DNA of 64,000 nucleotides from Trueperaceae bacterium (GTDB taxonomy: Bacteria; Deinococcota; Deinococci; Deinococcales; Trueperaceae): NCBI GenBank assembly GCA_965213705.1, contig OZ243913.1:2432001-2496000 (forward strand), written 5' to 3'. Below the pieces are notes generated by a model. The model was given only the letters and a program-made list of their open reading frames with translations, searched no databases and was not told where the DNA came from. Positions 53,874 to 64,000 of this stretch are shown here, piece by piece (position 1 is the stretch's first letter; each line of letters starts with the position of its first letter). A program made the position numbers and the translations under genes.

Positions 53874-55312
53874 TCAAAAGGAGTCGGCGGCGCAACCCGG
53901 CGCCGAGTGCGGAGCAGACCTTGAGCGTTCACTTAGGCATGGCGCGGGCGCGGCAGTGGCAGCGCCGGCTGTGGCTGAGCAGTGCCGGCGCTTGCGCCGT
54001 TTCTGCGCTGCTGTGGCTGGTGGGCGCGGGCCTGTTCACTCACCTGTTGGTGACGGCGGCGGCTTTCGGGCTGGGTTTGGCGCTGCCGGTGCGCTCGGCG
54101 GGAGACTGGGCACTGGCGTGGGTCAGCGGGCACGGCCTGAGTTACGCGACCGCGCTGGAACTTGCCCAAAGTCCGGACGACCCTTACGGCTTTCACGGGG
54201 CCGTGACAAAGCGTGCGAGCGCGCAAGCCGCGCGGCTCGAGCCGCCCAAACAACAGCCCTGGTGGCTGCCCTTTCTCGTCACCGCAGTCGTGCTGGCCGC
54301 CCTGCCGGTCGGTCCTTTCGGGGGCCGGGGCGCTCCGTTTGCCGTTACGCGGCCGAACGCTACCGCCGCCGGGGCGGAAAACGTCGGCACCGACCCCGCA
54401 CCCGCCGGGGCAGCCGAAGACCCGCAGGACTCGCCCGACCCCTTCACGGCGGAACCGGCCGACGTCTCTACGACCGCGCCGTCACTCGACGACCTGAGTG
54501 CGGCCGGCGCGACCGAAGCGGGGGCCGAAGGGGGCGGCGCCAGCGACGCAGCGGCGCTGGACCGGTTTTTGGACACGCTGCGCGACCAGCCCCCACCGGA
54601 CGAGCCCAACCCGTTCAGTAGCGCCGCGCCGTCGCAACGCTCCGGTACGCCGGGCGAGCGAGAAGCGAGTGACACCCAAAACGGCCGCAGCGGTGAGGGA
54701 CGGGACGACTCGAGCCGCGCGGAGCCCTCGAGCGCGGACGAACAGGGTGAACAGGGCCGGGGTGAGCAGGGCCAGGGTGAGCAAGGTCGGGGTGAGCAGG
54801 GTCAGAGCGAGCAAGGGCAAGAGCAGGGACAAGGAGAAGGCGAAGAAGGCCAACAGCAGGCTGACGCCGGGCAAGCCGAGGGTCAGAACGACCAGGGTCA
54901 GCCGACCGACCAGGAAGGCGCAGGGGAAAGCGACGCGCAAAATGCCCAGGAAAACGCGCAACCGGGCGACGCCACAAGCAGCAGCCCGCAACAGGGCGCG
55001 CCGGGCGACGAGCCCGGGACCCCCGAAGCCGGCGAGTCGGGCGAGGGTGCAGGAGACACACCCGGAGGCCCAACGGTGCGCGAAAACAGTCGCTTGGACA
55101 CGCCCTCACAGGACCCGGAACAACTGCAGGGCCGCTTGAACGGCGGGCCGAGCAACGTTGCCGGGACGGTTCGCTTGCAAGGCACGCCGCCGACGTCGCA
55201 ACTGCCGGAGGGCGGCGCACCGGGCGGGTTCAGCCGCGCCGAAGAGCGGGCCATCACCGAAGGCCGTATTCCGGTCGAGTACCAAGACATCATCCGGAAC
55301 TATTTTCGCTGA
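53870..55312 (+). CDS. Membrane protein with Q/G/E-rich tail (DUF4175-like)
   Basis: N-terminal TM segments, GEQG repeats, C-terminal IPVEYQDIIRNYF. Confidence 0.7.
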   Translation: MIKRSRRRNPAPSAEQTLSVHLGMARARQWQRRLWLSSAGACAVSALLWLVGAGLFTHLLVTAAAFGLGLALPVRSAGDWALAWVSGHGLSYATALELAQSPDDPYGFHGAVTKRASAQAARLEPPKQQPWWLPFLVTAVVLAALPVGPFGGRGAPFAVTRPNATAAGAENVGTDPAPAGAAEDPQDSPDPFTAEPADVSTTAPSLDDLSAAGATEAGAEGGGASDAAALDRFLDTLRDQPPPDEPNPFSSAAPSQRSGTPGEREASDTQNGRSGEGRDDSSRAEPSSADEQGEQGRGEQGQGEQGRGEQGQSEQGQEQGQGEGEEGQQQADAGQAEGQNDQGQPTDQEGAGESDAQNAQENAQPGDATSSSPQQGAPGDEPGTPEAGESGEGAGDTPGGPTVRENSRLDTPSQDPEQLQGRLNGGPSNVAGTVRLQGTPPTSQLPEGGAPGGFSRAEERAITEGRIPVEYQDIIRNYFR

Positions 55313-55697
55313 CGTCCGTTGTGGCCGTGAAAACCCAGTCTTCGGTGTTTTGTTGTGAGTGTCAACGGTGGTTGAAAAGCTTGCCTTTTGCGGTTGTTAC
55401 GGTCGAGACGGAAACGAGCTGCTAATGCTCGGGAACCCGCGGACTACGTCCTCCCGGCTCTTCACTTTTGGGCTCAGTGCCAATCCTCTGTTAGCCTGAC
55501 TACTCGCGTGACCGTCAGTGTCAGTTTTGTCGGAGGTGGACACGCCTGAACGTGCTTTCAAGCGGTCCTCAGTGGCAAGATGCCGCCGCAAGAGGAACCC
55601 TGGCTTTGCAGACCAACCACCCACAGCCAAAAGGCCGGAGTCGCGTAACCAGGTGCTATGCTGTGGCTTTGTAAAAGAGGCTCACGAAAGGAGCACT

Positions 55698-56654
55698 ATG
55701 CAGCGATTCAACACGAGGTGGTCGGTCATGTTCGCCTTTTTACTCGCCGTGGCTTGGGCACAGGACTCGGCCGACCCGGTAGTTTTGTCGGTCGGCGCGA
55801 CGAACTACACGTTGAGCGAGTTCGGTGACCGCTTCGACTTTTACGCAGCCAACCTCGCGTCTCAACAAGGCGTACCCTTCAACGAGGAAACGCGCCCTCT
55901 GTTCGCCGAACTTCGCCCCGCTTACTTAGACCGACTCGCCCGTGAGACAGTGGTTTTACAACTTGGCCGCAGCCAGGGTCTGAGGTCGGACGCGGCGGCC
56001 GTCGACGAGCGCGTCGCCGCGATTCGGGCCAACTTCGAGAGCGACGACGCGTTCCTAGCGGCCCTGGCCCAAGCGGGCGTCGGCAGTGAAGAGCTGTTGC
56101 GCACCCTCATCGGCGAGGCCGAACTGAGCAACCGGACGATTGCCTCACTGGAACAAGACGTTGAACTGCCGGACTACTACGTCCAGCTCTTTTACGACGC
56201 CAACCGCGGCGCGTTGGAGCGCCCCACCGAGACGTGCGCGCGGCACATCTTGGTTGAAACCGAAGCCGAGGCCTTGGACTTAGCGGCTGAACTCGGGGCG
56301 GGCGCGGAGTTCGAAACTTTAGCTGCCGAGAACAGCTTTGACACCGGCAGCGGCGCTCAGGGCGGCGACCTCGGTTGTTTCGGTCCGGGCCGGATGGTAC
56401 CCGAGTTCGAAGAGGCGGCTTTCAGCACGTCTGTCGGCACCGTCAGCGCGCCGGTGCAAAGCCAATTCGGCTACCACCTCATTTTGCCCTATGACCGCAC
56501 CGAAGCGACGACGGTGCCCCTGCAAGAGGTCGAAACCGAGATACGCGCCGAACTGGCCCGCCAAGTGGTGCGCAAAGTCATCGAAAGTTACGTCGAAAAC
56601 GCCGCTATCGAAAAGTTCGAAGACCGACTCGCTGTTCCCGCGTCCGGAGGTTAA
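55698..56654 (+). CDS. Parvulin-type foldase (PrsA/SurA-like)
   Basis: ARHILV, GGDLG, MVPEFE and SQFGYHLI motifs; AGGAG before ATG at 55698. Confidence 0.9.
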   Translation: MQRFNTRWSVMFAFLLAVAWAQDSADPVVLSVGATNYTLSEFGDRFDFYAANLASQQGVPFNEETRPLFAELRPAYLDRLARETVVLQLGRSQGLRSDAAAVDERVAAIRANFESDDAFLAALAQAGVGSEELLRTLIGEAELSNRTIASLEQDVELPDYYVQLFYDANRGALERPTETCARHILVETEAEALDLAAELGAGAEFETLAAENSFDTGSGAQGGDLGCFGPGRMVPEFEEAAFSTSVGTVSAPVQSQFGYHLILPYDRTEATTVPLQEVETEIRAELARQVVRKVIESYVENAAIEKFEDRLAVPASGG

Positions 56655-56660
56655 AGGCCG

Positions 56661-56996
56661 ATGTTCAAAAAACGTTTGTTCTTGCTGTGCTTGCTCGTGC
56701 TGGCGATTGCGCTCGGCGGTTGCCGCAACGAAACGCAGAACCGCATCCGCCGCTCGATTCAGGACTTTACCGCCGACAAAATGTACATCACGATTTACAG
56801 CTGGGAGGGCCAGGAGATTTTCAACGGCGTGGTCGACGGCAAGGTCACCCGCGCGTCGAACAAGTTGAGCAACACCAACGAGACGGCCGAAGGCAGCTAT
56901 GTTTACTGGTTCGACGACCGGGGGCGGTACCACCAAACGGACCTGCCCTACCTGGTGACGAGTTACGACCGGGACGAGGCGGTGCGCGCTCCTTAG
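56661..56996 (+). CDS. Small lipoprotein
   Basis: GGAGG ribosome-binding site; lipobox LGGC. Confidence 0.7.
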   Translation: MFKKRLFLLCLLVLAIALGGCRNETQNRIRRSIQDFTADKMYITIYSWEGQEIFNGVVDGKVTRASNKLSNTNETAEGSYVYWFDDRGRYHQTDLPYLVTSYDRDEAVRAP

Positions 56997-57436
56997 AACG
57001 CCCGCAGGCCGAAAGCTGGGAAAACTTCGAGAGGCGCTGCGGTTGCGCCTCTTTTTCGGTCGGCGTTTCATGCCGTGGAAGTTCAACGGATTCCGATACT
57101 ACAGCTAATAAACCTTGGAAGAGTTTTTCGCTTCCTTATCGAAATCCGTGTTTTTTCTCGCCCTGCTCGCATTCAGTTTCGAGAAAGTTAAACGGGAAAG
57201 GTATCAGTTAACAGTTTCGACAGTGACTGAGACAGCGTCGTCGTGTCTCGTTCAAACTACGCACGGCTTCAAAGATCATGCTTTTTACCGAGGGGCCAAA
57301 AGTGATTGTGTCTCAAGTAGGGCGAACTGAGTAGGTACAGGGCCGCTCGAGCGTCGGCTCTGGCCCCCTCCGAAACTCGTTGGTGTTCGTTGCGCAGCCA
57401 CCTTCTCGTTTTTCTGACGGGTCTGACCCCGAAACG

Positions 57437-59710
57437 TCAGTCCAGATACGCGCCGATGTCGCGTGGGTCGACGTCGACGCGCAGGCGGGCGCGGCCCGCG
57501 TAGGACAGGGCCGGCTCGAGCACCCTTTTCAGGCGCTCCTCGCGCGAACTGCGCACGAACAGTTGATAGGTGTGCATCCCGCGCATCCTCGCGACCGGAG
57601 CCGGCGTCGGACCCAGCACTTCGTCACCCTCCTGGACGCGCAGGGACAGCGTTTTCGCCAGCAGACCCGCCTCGTGTTCGGCCGTTTCTTTGTTTTTCGA
57701 ACTCAGCTGAACTTTGGCGAGCGCGACGAAAGGGGGATAGCGGTAGTGGCGGCGGCGCTCTAAAAGCCCGGCCAGGTAAGCCTCGACGGCCCCGTCCTCT
57801 TGGTTTTGGTAAGCGCGCACGAGCGCGTGCTCGGCTTGAAAGGTCTGGAGCAGCGTCAGAGGGCGTTTGAAAGGCTGCAGCTCGCCGAGGCCGAGGAGAA
57901 ACCGCAGCGTCTCCTCCTCGGCACGAAAGTCGCTCGCCGCCAACAGCGTGTCGAGCAGCGTCACCGCGACGAGGGACACGTTGGGCAGCGGCGCGTGGCG
58001 CAAGACGGCGGTCGTCGCGACGACGACGCCCGCCTCACCCGCCATGAGGGGACTCAGGTCGTCACGGTGGTCTGCGTCGTAGCGGTAGACGGGCAGGTCC
58101 GGACCGACGTGCTTGCGCACCTCGGCCGTGACCCACTCGGTTCCCGCGCCGCGCAGCGGACCCAAGGTCGCAGCTTGGCACTCGGGACATAGGTCGGGGG
58201 GGCGGGTATGGTAGGCACACTGGTGGCACTTCAAAAAGCGCTGACGCTGGTGGTAACGCAGCGGTAGGTCGCAGTTGGGACACATCGTGATAAAGCCGCA
58301 GACAACGCAGCCGAGCGCCGCCGAGAAACCCCGGCGCGGGGCTATCAACACGGCTTGACGCCCGCGCGCGGCGACCTGTTTAAGCACGCGCACTAAGTCG
58401 GCCCCGAGCGGCCAGTTGCGCTCGCCCGACAGGTCGGCGACGTGAACGCGTGAGGGGCGCCTCGGCAGGGTGACCCGGCCTGCAGCGGGGACGAAGTGAA
58501 GGGTCTCAGGCGTCGGCAGGGCGTCGCTGAACACGACCGGCACGCCCAAACGTTCGGCCAGCCGCCGCGCCGCGCTCGGCACGAACAGCCGGGGACCGGC
58601 GGGCAGCTTATAACTGCTGCTGCCCTCTTCCAACACGACGATGCAACCCAGGTTTTTCAGCGGGGCCAACAACGCCAAGTAACTGCCCACCAACACGACG
58701 GGCGCGCCCTCGCCCAGCTCGCGCCACACGCGGGCGCGTTGCGCGTCGCTCAAATCGCCGCTCAAAACTTGGCAGGGCAACACGTCGGCGAGGTAAGCAG
58801 CCGTCTCCGCCAGCAAAACCCCCTCGGGAACGAGGACGAGCGTGCTGCGGCCGGCTTTCAACTCCGCCTTGAACAAAGGGACGACGGCGGCGAGGCGGTC
58901 GGCGCGGCTGCCTGCGGAGACCGACACGCAAGCCGTCTCGAGCAGGTGTCCGGGGCAGCCTTGCGCCAAAACGCTCGGTGTAGGGCTCGGCAAAACGCGG
59001 GGCGCGTAGGTCGGCAAGGGGGGCGGCGGCGCGGGTAGCTCGGCGTACTCGGCGTAGCCCTTTTTGACGAGCGTGCGAACCGTGCTTTCGGACAAGCCTT
59101 CGTCACGGGCAAACTCGGCGGCGCTGGCGACATGCTCAAACCGCAGCAACGCCTCGAGCGCTTCTCGTTGCGCAGCCCTGGCGCGCCCGTTAAGCGCTTT
59201 GTCGGGCGGCCGCACGGCCCGCAAGACCCGCGCGGTCGGCTCAACGGGTCGGACGCGCTCGAGCAGCAGCCCCTGCCGCCTGAACAGGTCGAGTCGGGCG
59301 GCTTTTACGGTGGCGGCGTCGGTCCAGCGCCCGAGCGCTTCGCCCCCGTCCACGACCGCCCCTTCGACCAGCCGCACCTCGTGGTGGACGGGCCCTGACA
59401 ACCCCACCGGCAACAAGCTCGCCAACAAGCGGCCCGGCGGCGAGCAGGTATGTTCGGCCAGGTCGGCGATAAAGCCGAGCCGGTCGGGCAGGACGAAGGG
59501 GACGGTCTCGAGCGCGCCGACGATGTCCCGCAACTCAAGCGCCCTACTCGCCGACACCTCGCTCCGCGAAGTCACCAGGCCGAGCCGCACGCCCCCTTGC
59601 CACGGCACCGCCACCCGACAGCCGAGCGCGGGCGCGGTCGTGCCGAAGGGCACTAAGTAGTCAAAAGGCGGCAGGGGCAAAGGCAGCAACACTTGGACGG
59701 CGGCGGGCAC
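57437..59710 (-). CDS. priA: Primosomal protein N' (helicase motifs degenerate)
   Basis: N-terminal FDYLVP, RRGFS plus four CxxC pairs, YPPF and VDVDP. Confidence 0.9.
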   Translation of the reverse strand: MPAAVQVLLPLPLPPFDYLVPFGTTAPALGCRVAVPWQGGVRLGLVTSRSEVSASRALELRDIVGALETVPFVLPDRLGFIADLAEHTCSPPGRLLASLLPVGLSGPVHHEVRLVEGAVVDGGEALGRWTDAATVKAARLDLFRRQGLLLERVRPVEPTARVLRAVRPPDKALNGRARAAQREALEALLRFEHVASAAEFARDEGLSESTVRTLVKKGYAEYAELPAPPPPLPTYAPRVLPSPTPSVLAQGCPGHLLETACVSVSAGSRADRLAAVVPLFKAELKAGRSTLVLVPEGVLLAETAAYLADVLPCQVLSGDLSDAQRARVWRELGEGAPVVLVGSYLALLAPLKNLGCIVVLEEGSSSYKLPAGPRLFVPSAARRLAERLGVPVVFSDALPTPETLHFVPAAGRVTLPRRPSRVHVADLSGERNWPLGADLVRVLKQVAARGRQAVLIAPRRGFSAALGCVVCGFITMCPNCDLPLRYHQRQRFLKCHQCAYHTRPPDLCPECQAATLGPLRGAGTEWVTAEVRKHVGPDLPVYRYDADHRDDLSPLMAGEAGVVVATTAVLRHAPLPNVSLVAVTLLDTLLAASDFRAEEETLRFLLGLGELQPFKRPLTLLQTFQAEHALVRAYQNQEDGAVEAYLAGLLERRRHYRYPPFVALAKVQLSSKNKETAEHEAGLLAKTLSLRVQEGDEVLGPTPAPVARMRGMHTYQLFVRSSREERLKRVLEPALSYAGRARLRVDVDPRDIGAYLD

Positions 59711-59919
59711 AGACTATGGTACCGCGCTTTTGAAGGTCGAGCGGCATCGTGAAGCGCGAGCGGCGACACGCAAAGGTTACACACAAAGGGCGACGCATAA
59801 AGGACGACGCATAAAGGGCAGAGTGCCGAGACGACCTTGCGAGCAACCCCGAAGCCGTGTACGTTCCGAGCGGTCCCGGGCCCTTCCCGGCGTGTGCCCG
59901 GCATGCGCTAGAATGCCCC

Positions 59920-60945
59920 ATGTCGAAAAGTCGCAACACCGCCTACGACCGCGCCGGGGTGAGCTTGGAGGCCGGAGAAAAAACCTTGAACCTTATCGCC
60001 GAGGCCGTCTCGAGCACGTACGACGAGCGGGTACTGGCCGGGCTGGGCGCGTTCGGGGGGCTGTTCGACGCGTCCTTTTTGAAAGCCTACCGCGCGCCCG
60101 TCCTGGTCGCCTCGACGGACGGCGTCGGCACCAAGACGAAGGTCGCCGCGGCGCTGAGTCGCTGGAGCACCATCGGGACGGACTTGGTACACCACTGCAT
60201 CAACGATATTTTGGTCCAGGGGGCCGAGCCGCTGTTTTTTCTGGACTACGTCGCGAGCGCTCGACTCGAGCCCGAGGTTACCGCCCGTCTCGTCACGGGT
60301 GTGGCGGCCGCCTGCCGGGCGACGGGGACGGTCCTGCTCGGGGGCGAAACCGCCGAAATGCCCGGGGTTTACGTCCCGGGCGAATTCGACCTCGTCGGCA
60401 CCGTCGTCGGGGTGGTGGAACGAGACAACTTAGTAACCGGCGCGGCGATAAGGGCGGGCGACCAGGTGTTCGCGTTGGCGTCGGGCGGCTTGCAGACGAA
60501 CGGTTTCAGCCTGGCGCGCGCCGTGCTGGCGGACGCCTACGCCGAAACGTTTGAGGGCGCGACCGTCGGGGACGCGCTACTCACGCCGCACCGGCACTAT
60601 TTGGAGCCGGTGCGAGCCGTCCGCGACAAAGTCACACTCAAGGGCATGGCCCACATCACGGGCGGCGGGTTGCCGGGCAACCTGCCGCGCGTCTTGCCGC
60701 CGGGTTTGGGCGTGCGGCTCAGCGAGGGCAGTTGGCCCGTGCCGCCGATTTTTACCCTCATTCAAGAACGTGGCGGTGTGCCCCGCGACGAGATGTTCCG
60801 CGCCTTCAACATGGGCGCGGGCTTCGTCCTCGTGGTGAGCGAAGACGAAGCGGGGGCGCTCGCGGAGGCCTGCCCCGAGCCCGTTTACAGGCTCGGCGTG
60901 GTCACCGAAGGTGCGGGCGTCACCTTTACCACGTCACTTTCCTGA
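59920..60945 (+). CDS. purM: Phosphoribosylformylglycinamidine cyclo-ligase
   Basis: TDGVGTK, GGETAEMP, HITGGG and FNMG motifs. Confidence 0.96.
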   Translation: MSKSRNTAYDRAGVSLEAGEKTLNLIAEAVSSTYDERVLAGLGAFGGLFDASFLKAYRAPVLVASTDGVGTKTKVAAALSRWSTIGTDLVHHCINDILVQGAEPLFFLDYVASARLEPEVTARLVTGVAAACRATGTVLLGGETAEMPGVYVPGEFDLVGTVVGVVERDNLVTGAAIRAGDQVFALASGGLQTNGFSLARAVLADAYAETFEGATVGDALLTPHRHYLEPVRAVRDKVTLKGMAHITGGGLPGNLPRVLPPGLGVRLSEGSWPVPPIFTLIQERGGVPRDEMFRAFNMGAGFVLVVSEDEAGALAEACPEPVYRLGVVTEGAGVTFTTSLS

Positions 60946-60948
60946 CGC

Positions 60949-61911
60949 TCAGGGTGTTGCCGGTAAGGGCGCGGTTTGAGCCTGCGCCGGGTTCATCAAG
61001 CCGCGCACGTCGAGCAGAAAGTTACCGTCCGAAGGCAGCATGATGGTTTGCAGGGACGGCGCGAGTTTTTGGGCGACTTCTAGCTGGATGATCTCCGGAT
61101 TGTTGCGAATCGCCTCGCCCCGCAAGGTCAGGGCTTGCGCTTCACCCTGGGCTTCGGCAATGGCGGCGTCGCGCTGGCCTTCGGCCTCGATGACCGCGCG
61201 CTCGGCGGCGATGCGCGACTGCTCGCGCCGGTTCGCCTCGACCTGCACTTGCTGCTCGGCAGCTTGTTTTTCCTCGATGGCGCGGGTGATGAGTTCGGGA
61301 ATGCGGATGTCGCGCAGCAGGGCGTTTTCCAGAATGATGTTGTTCTCGGCCAAGTTGCTCTCGAGTTCATTGACGATTTGCTGCTGCACCTCGGTCCGCT
61401 GCGTGCTGATGAGTTCGGCCGCGTTGTAGCTCGCCACCGCGTCGCGGATGACCGAGCGCACGATCGGGCGAATCAGCGTGCCTTCGTAGTCGACGCCGAG
61501 CGTTTCGTAAATCAGCGGCGCTTCGCCGGGCGCGATTTTAAAACGAATCGTCGCGTCGGTGACGATTTGCAAACCCTCTTGCGAGAGCGCGTTGATGGCG
61601 TCGGCGTCGCCGAAGTTGATGGCCTGCTCGCGCGTGTTGAGCAGCGTGACCTGTTGGACGAACGGCACCACGAAGTGAACGCCCGGCCGGAGGGCGCGCT
61701 GCTGAACGCCTCCGAACACGTTGAACACGACGCCCACGTTGCCCGCGGGCACCACCACGAACGCTGATGACAGCACCGCCACGGCGACCCCGACGACTAT
61801 GGCCGTGCCGCCCAAACTGCGCAAGCGGCCCTGCTGGCCTTGCACACCCTGAACCAGCAGCACGGCGCCCAACACGACGATGCCCAAACCTAGTAAAACG
61901 AGTAGTGTCAT
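60949..61911 (-). CDS. SPFH/prohibitin family membrane protein
   Basis: Two N-terminal TM segments, PG.HF..PF, AIEEKQAAEQ coiled coil. Confidence 0.9.
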   Translation of the reverse strand: MTLLVLLGLGIVVLGAVLLVQGVQGQQGRLRSLGGTAIVVGVAVAVLSSAFVVVPAGNVGVVFNVFGGVQQRALRPGVHFVVPFVQQVTLLNTREQAINFGDADAINALSQEGLQIVTDATIRFKIAPGEAPLIYETLGVDYEGTLIRPIVRSVIRDAVASYNAAELISTQRTEVQQQIVNELESNLAENNIILENALLRDIRIPELITRAIEEKQAAEQQVQVEANRREQSRIAAERAVIEAEGQRDAAIAEAQGEAQALTLRGEAIRNNPEIIQLEVAQKLAPSLQTIMLPSDGNFLLDVRGLMNPAQAQTAPLPATP

Positions 61912-62136
61912 AAACTGACCTCCTGTTCAAACAGTGTACCCGACGCCGCGCGGCGGTTCGTCCCACTTTAGTTTCAGGTGGGTTCGGCCGGGTCGCTTTA
62001 GGTGTGATGGTCGGGGTCAACATCCGCCTCTTCGACCACGGGCGCGGACCTCGTTCTGCAACCCCCGGCCGGCGAAAGCGCGCACGCCGGGGGTTTGAGG
62101 ACCGAGCAGCGTGAAGAGAGCTTGTAGACTGAGGTC

Positions 62137-63111
62137 ATGACCGTCGACTTCAGCCTTCCCGAGTGGGCAACGCACGTCGTCTCCGACCTGACCGACATGG
62201 AGCGTAATCCCTACCGGGTCAACCCCACGAAAGTCAGCGCTTTCAGCCTGGACTTGCCCGACGACGTGTACTTCGAATACGCGTTTTTAGACGCGGCGGA
62301 CGCGATGCGCCCCGACCCCGAAAACGCCGTCAAAGCGGACAACCCCTGGTACCCCGACATCAGCGCGGTTCTCGGCCCGACCTACGCGCCGAGTCCCTAC
62401 GCCCGTCCGAGCGTCAAAGCGCAGGGGCGCGTGCTGCGCCAAAGGGTCGAGTCGGCGGCGCTCGAGCAAGTCCGGCGCGTCACCCTGTACACGCCGTCCG
62501 GACACGAGTCCGAAGCCCTGCCGACCGTTTATGTTCAAGACGGCACGGCTTACTACCGCATCGCGCACTTGGCGGACGTGCTCGAGACGTTGGTGCAGGA
62601 GGGCCGCGCGCGCCCCGCCCACCTCGCGTTTGTCGAACCCGTCGAGCGCACTTTGGAGTACCGGTTCAACCCGGCCTACCGCAAGTTCGTCTGCCAGGAA
62701 CTCGTCCCCTTCGTCGACCTGGAGGTGGCGACGACCGCCGAGCGGATTGCTATGGGCGCGAGCCTCGGCGGGCTTGTCAGCGCGACGTTGGCCTTGGAAC
62801 GCCCCGACCTGTTCCGCACCGTCGTCGCGCAGTCGGGCGCGTTTCTGGGCAGTCCCGACGAGCCGGACTTTTACCGGGGCAAGACTTCTTGGGTGTTGGC
62901 CCAGCTCGAGACACGACCCAAACTCGACCTCCGTTGGTACACCGACGTGGGCACTATAGAGTGGCTGACCGACGTCAACCGCCGCGTCCACGACACGCTG
63001 CTCGAGCGGGGTTACGAACACGCGTTCGAAACGCGCCATGCGGGCCACAACTGGACGAATTGGCGCAACGGTTTGGGCACCGCCCTCAGCTTTGCGCTCG
63101 ATGTACAATAA
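62137..63111 (+). CDS. Fes-like alpha/beta hydrolase esterase
   Basis: YVQDG, GASLGG nucleophile elbow and GHNW. Confidence 0.88.
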   Translation: MTVDFSLPEWATHVVSDLTDMERNPYRVNPTKVSAFSLDLPDDVYFEYAFLDAADAMRPDPENAVKADNPWYPDISAVLGPTYAPSPYARPSVKAQGRVLRQRVESAALEQVRRVTLYTPSGHESEALPTVYVQDGTAYYRIAHLADVLETLVQEGRARPAHLAFVEPVERTLEYRFNPAYRKFVCQELVPFVDLEVATTAERIAMGASLGGLVSATLALERPDLFRTVVAQSGAFLGSPDEPDFYRGKTSWVLAQLETRPKLDLRWYTDVGTIEWLTDVNRRVHDTLLERGYEHAFETRHAGHNWTNWRNGLGTALSFALDVQ

Positions 63112-63172
63112 GCCCAAAAAACCTGTGACAGACGTACATCCAACAGGTACCAGCCAGGTGTAGACTGGGTGT

Positions 63173-63469
63173 ATGAACGCTTTTGCGCTGTTTCAAACCA
63201 TCGCCGCAACTCGTAAAGAGAAAGCTTTCAAGCGGGCGGTCGCTCCGCTTCTCGCGGGCCGGCAGCGATTGGTCGCCAGCGCGGCCTTACACGCCGCGCT
63301 CACCGAAGCCACCAACACCCTCGAGGCCTCCTACACGCCCGCCGTTCAAGGCGTCCTCGACTACTACGACCGCGAAATCGAACGAATCAGGTTGAAGCAC
63401 TACGGAGAACGGCCCGGTTGGGGACTCAACTCCTTGATTTCCAAACCGGGCCTGACACATCAGCTTTGA
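63173..63469 (+). CDS. Hypothetical protein
   Basis: TAGACT 6 nt before ATG; 98 aa. Confidence 0.55.
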   Translation: MNAFALFQTIAATRKEKAFKRAVAPLLAGRQRLVASAALHAALTEATNTLEASYTPAVQGVLDYYDREIERIRLKHYGERPGWGLNSLISKPGLTHQL

Positions 63470-63700
63470 AAAACCGAACTGCAAACCGCACCCAAAGATA
63501 GGCGCGGTAAAGCACCACGTGGCAAGCGTATAGTCAAGTCTCGTGCAGCACAAACAACCTTCATCCAAGGCTTAGAGCCGTCTTCTAAGTTTTCAAAACA
63601 CCCGCCGAGAGCCGTCAAAACAACGTCACCTTCGCTGTATTTTGCATCCCAAACAGCGCTCCGACCCTCGCGTAAACTTAAGCGTGAGGAGCTGCGAATC

Positions 63701-64000
63701 ATGAGTGAGCAAAAAACCGCGATCATAGCAGGAGGTTGTTTTTGGGGCTTGGAAGACCTAGTCCGCAAACAGCCGGGGGTGACGGACACAGAAGTCGGCT
63801 ATACAGGCGGGCAAAACGACCACCCCACGTACCAGCGCCACCCCGGTCACGCCGAAGTCCTAAAGGTCACCTACGACCCCGCCGTGACCAGTTACCGGCA
63901 CGTGCTGGACTTCTTTTTCCAAATCCACAACCCTACGACCCTCAACCAGCAGGGCAACGACCGGGGCACGTCCTACCGCTCCGCCATCTTTTACAAAGAC
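63701..64000 (+). CDS. msrA: Peptide methionine sulfoxide reductase A (runs off window)
   Basis: [16 protein letters not shown]...GYTGG...GHAE...[14 protein letters not shown]. Confidence 0.93.
   Translation, partial: MSEQKTAIIAGGCFWGLEDLVRKQPGVTDTEVGYTGGQNDHPTYQRHPGHAEVLKVTYDPAVTSYRHVLDFFFQIHNPTTLNQQGNDRGTSYRSAIFYKD

Overview
GC-rich bacterial chromosomal DNA, most consistent with Deinococcota (Truepera-like). Support: pseudohelicase-type PriA, DnaE with a Deinococcus-Thermus-like insertion, a Deinococcus-type tyrosine recombinase, and many TANNNT -10 boxes 5-7 nt before start codons. The window is mostly housekeeping: trxA, truD, a TAXI-TRAP transporter, a sugar ABC transporter with FGGY kinase, yebC, smpB, asnS, aspS, smc, dnaE, pilT-like, two cyclophilins, thrS, prsA-like, priA, purM, msrA, plus one IS630 element. 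The most striking unexplained structure is an asymmetric ~47-bp intergenic site (consensus about YAAGTG-N5-TTTCAC-RAYR-N5-GYKY-GTGMA-tTTTtGTT). It occurs as 7 clear copies and 1 partial copy. All copies left of ~34.5 kb are on the - strand and all copies right of ~35.0 kb are on the + strand, so polarity flips beside the smc / tyrosine recombinase / dnaE locus. This suggests an uncharacterised chromosome-organisation, fork-trap or recombination system; the function is inference only. Other signals are a 30-bp-stem hairpin behind the recombinase, a low-GC orphan ORF at the polarity switch, recurrent 15-bp tandem duplications, a G-rich repeat, and apparent CTCGAG enrichment with GATC depletion. 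All product calls come from motif recognition by eye, not database searches.
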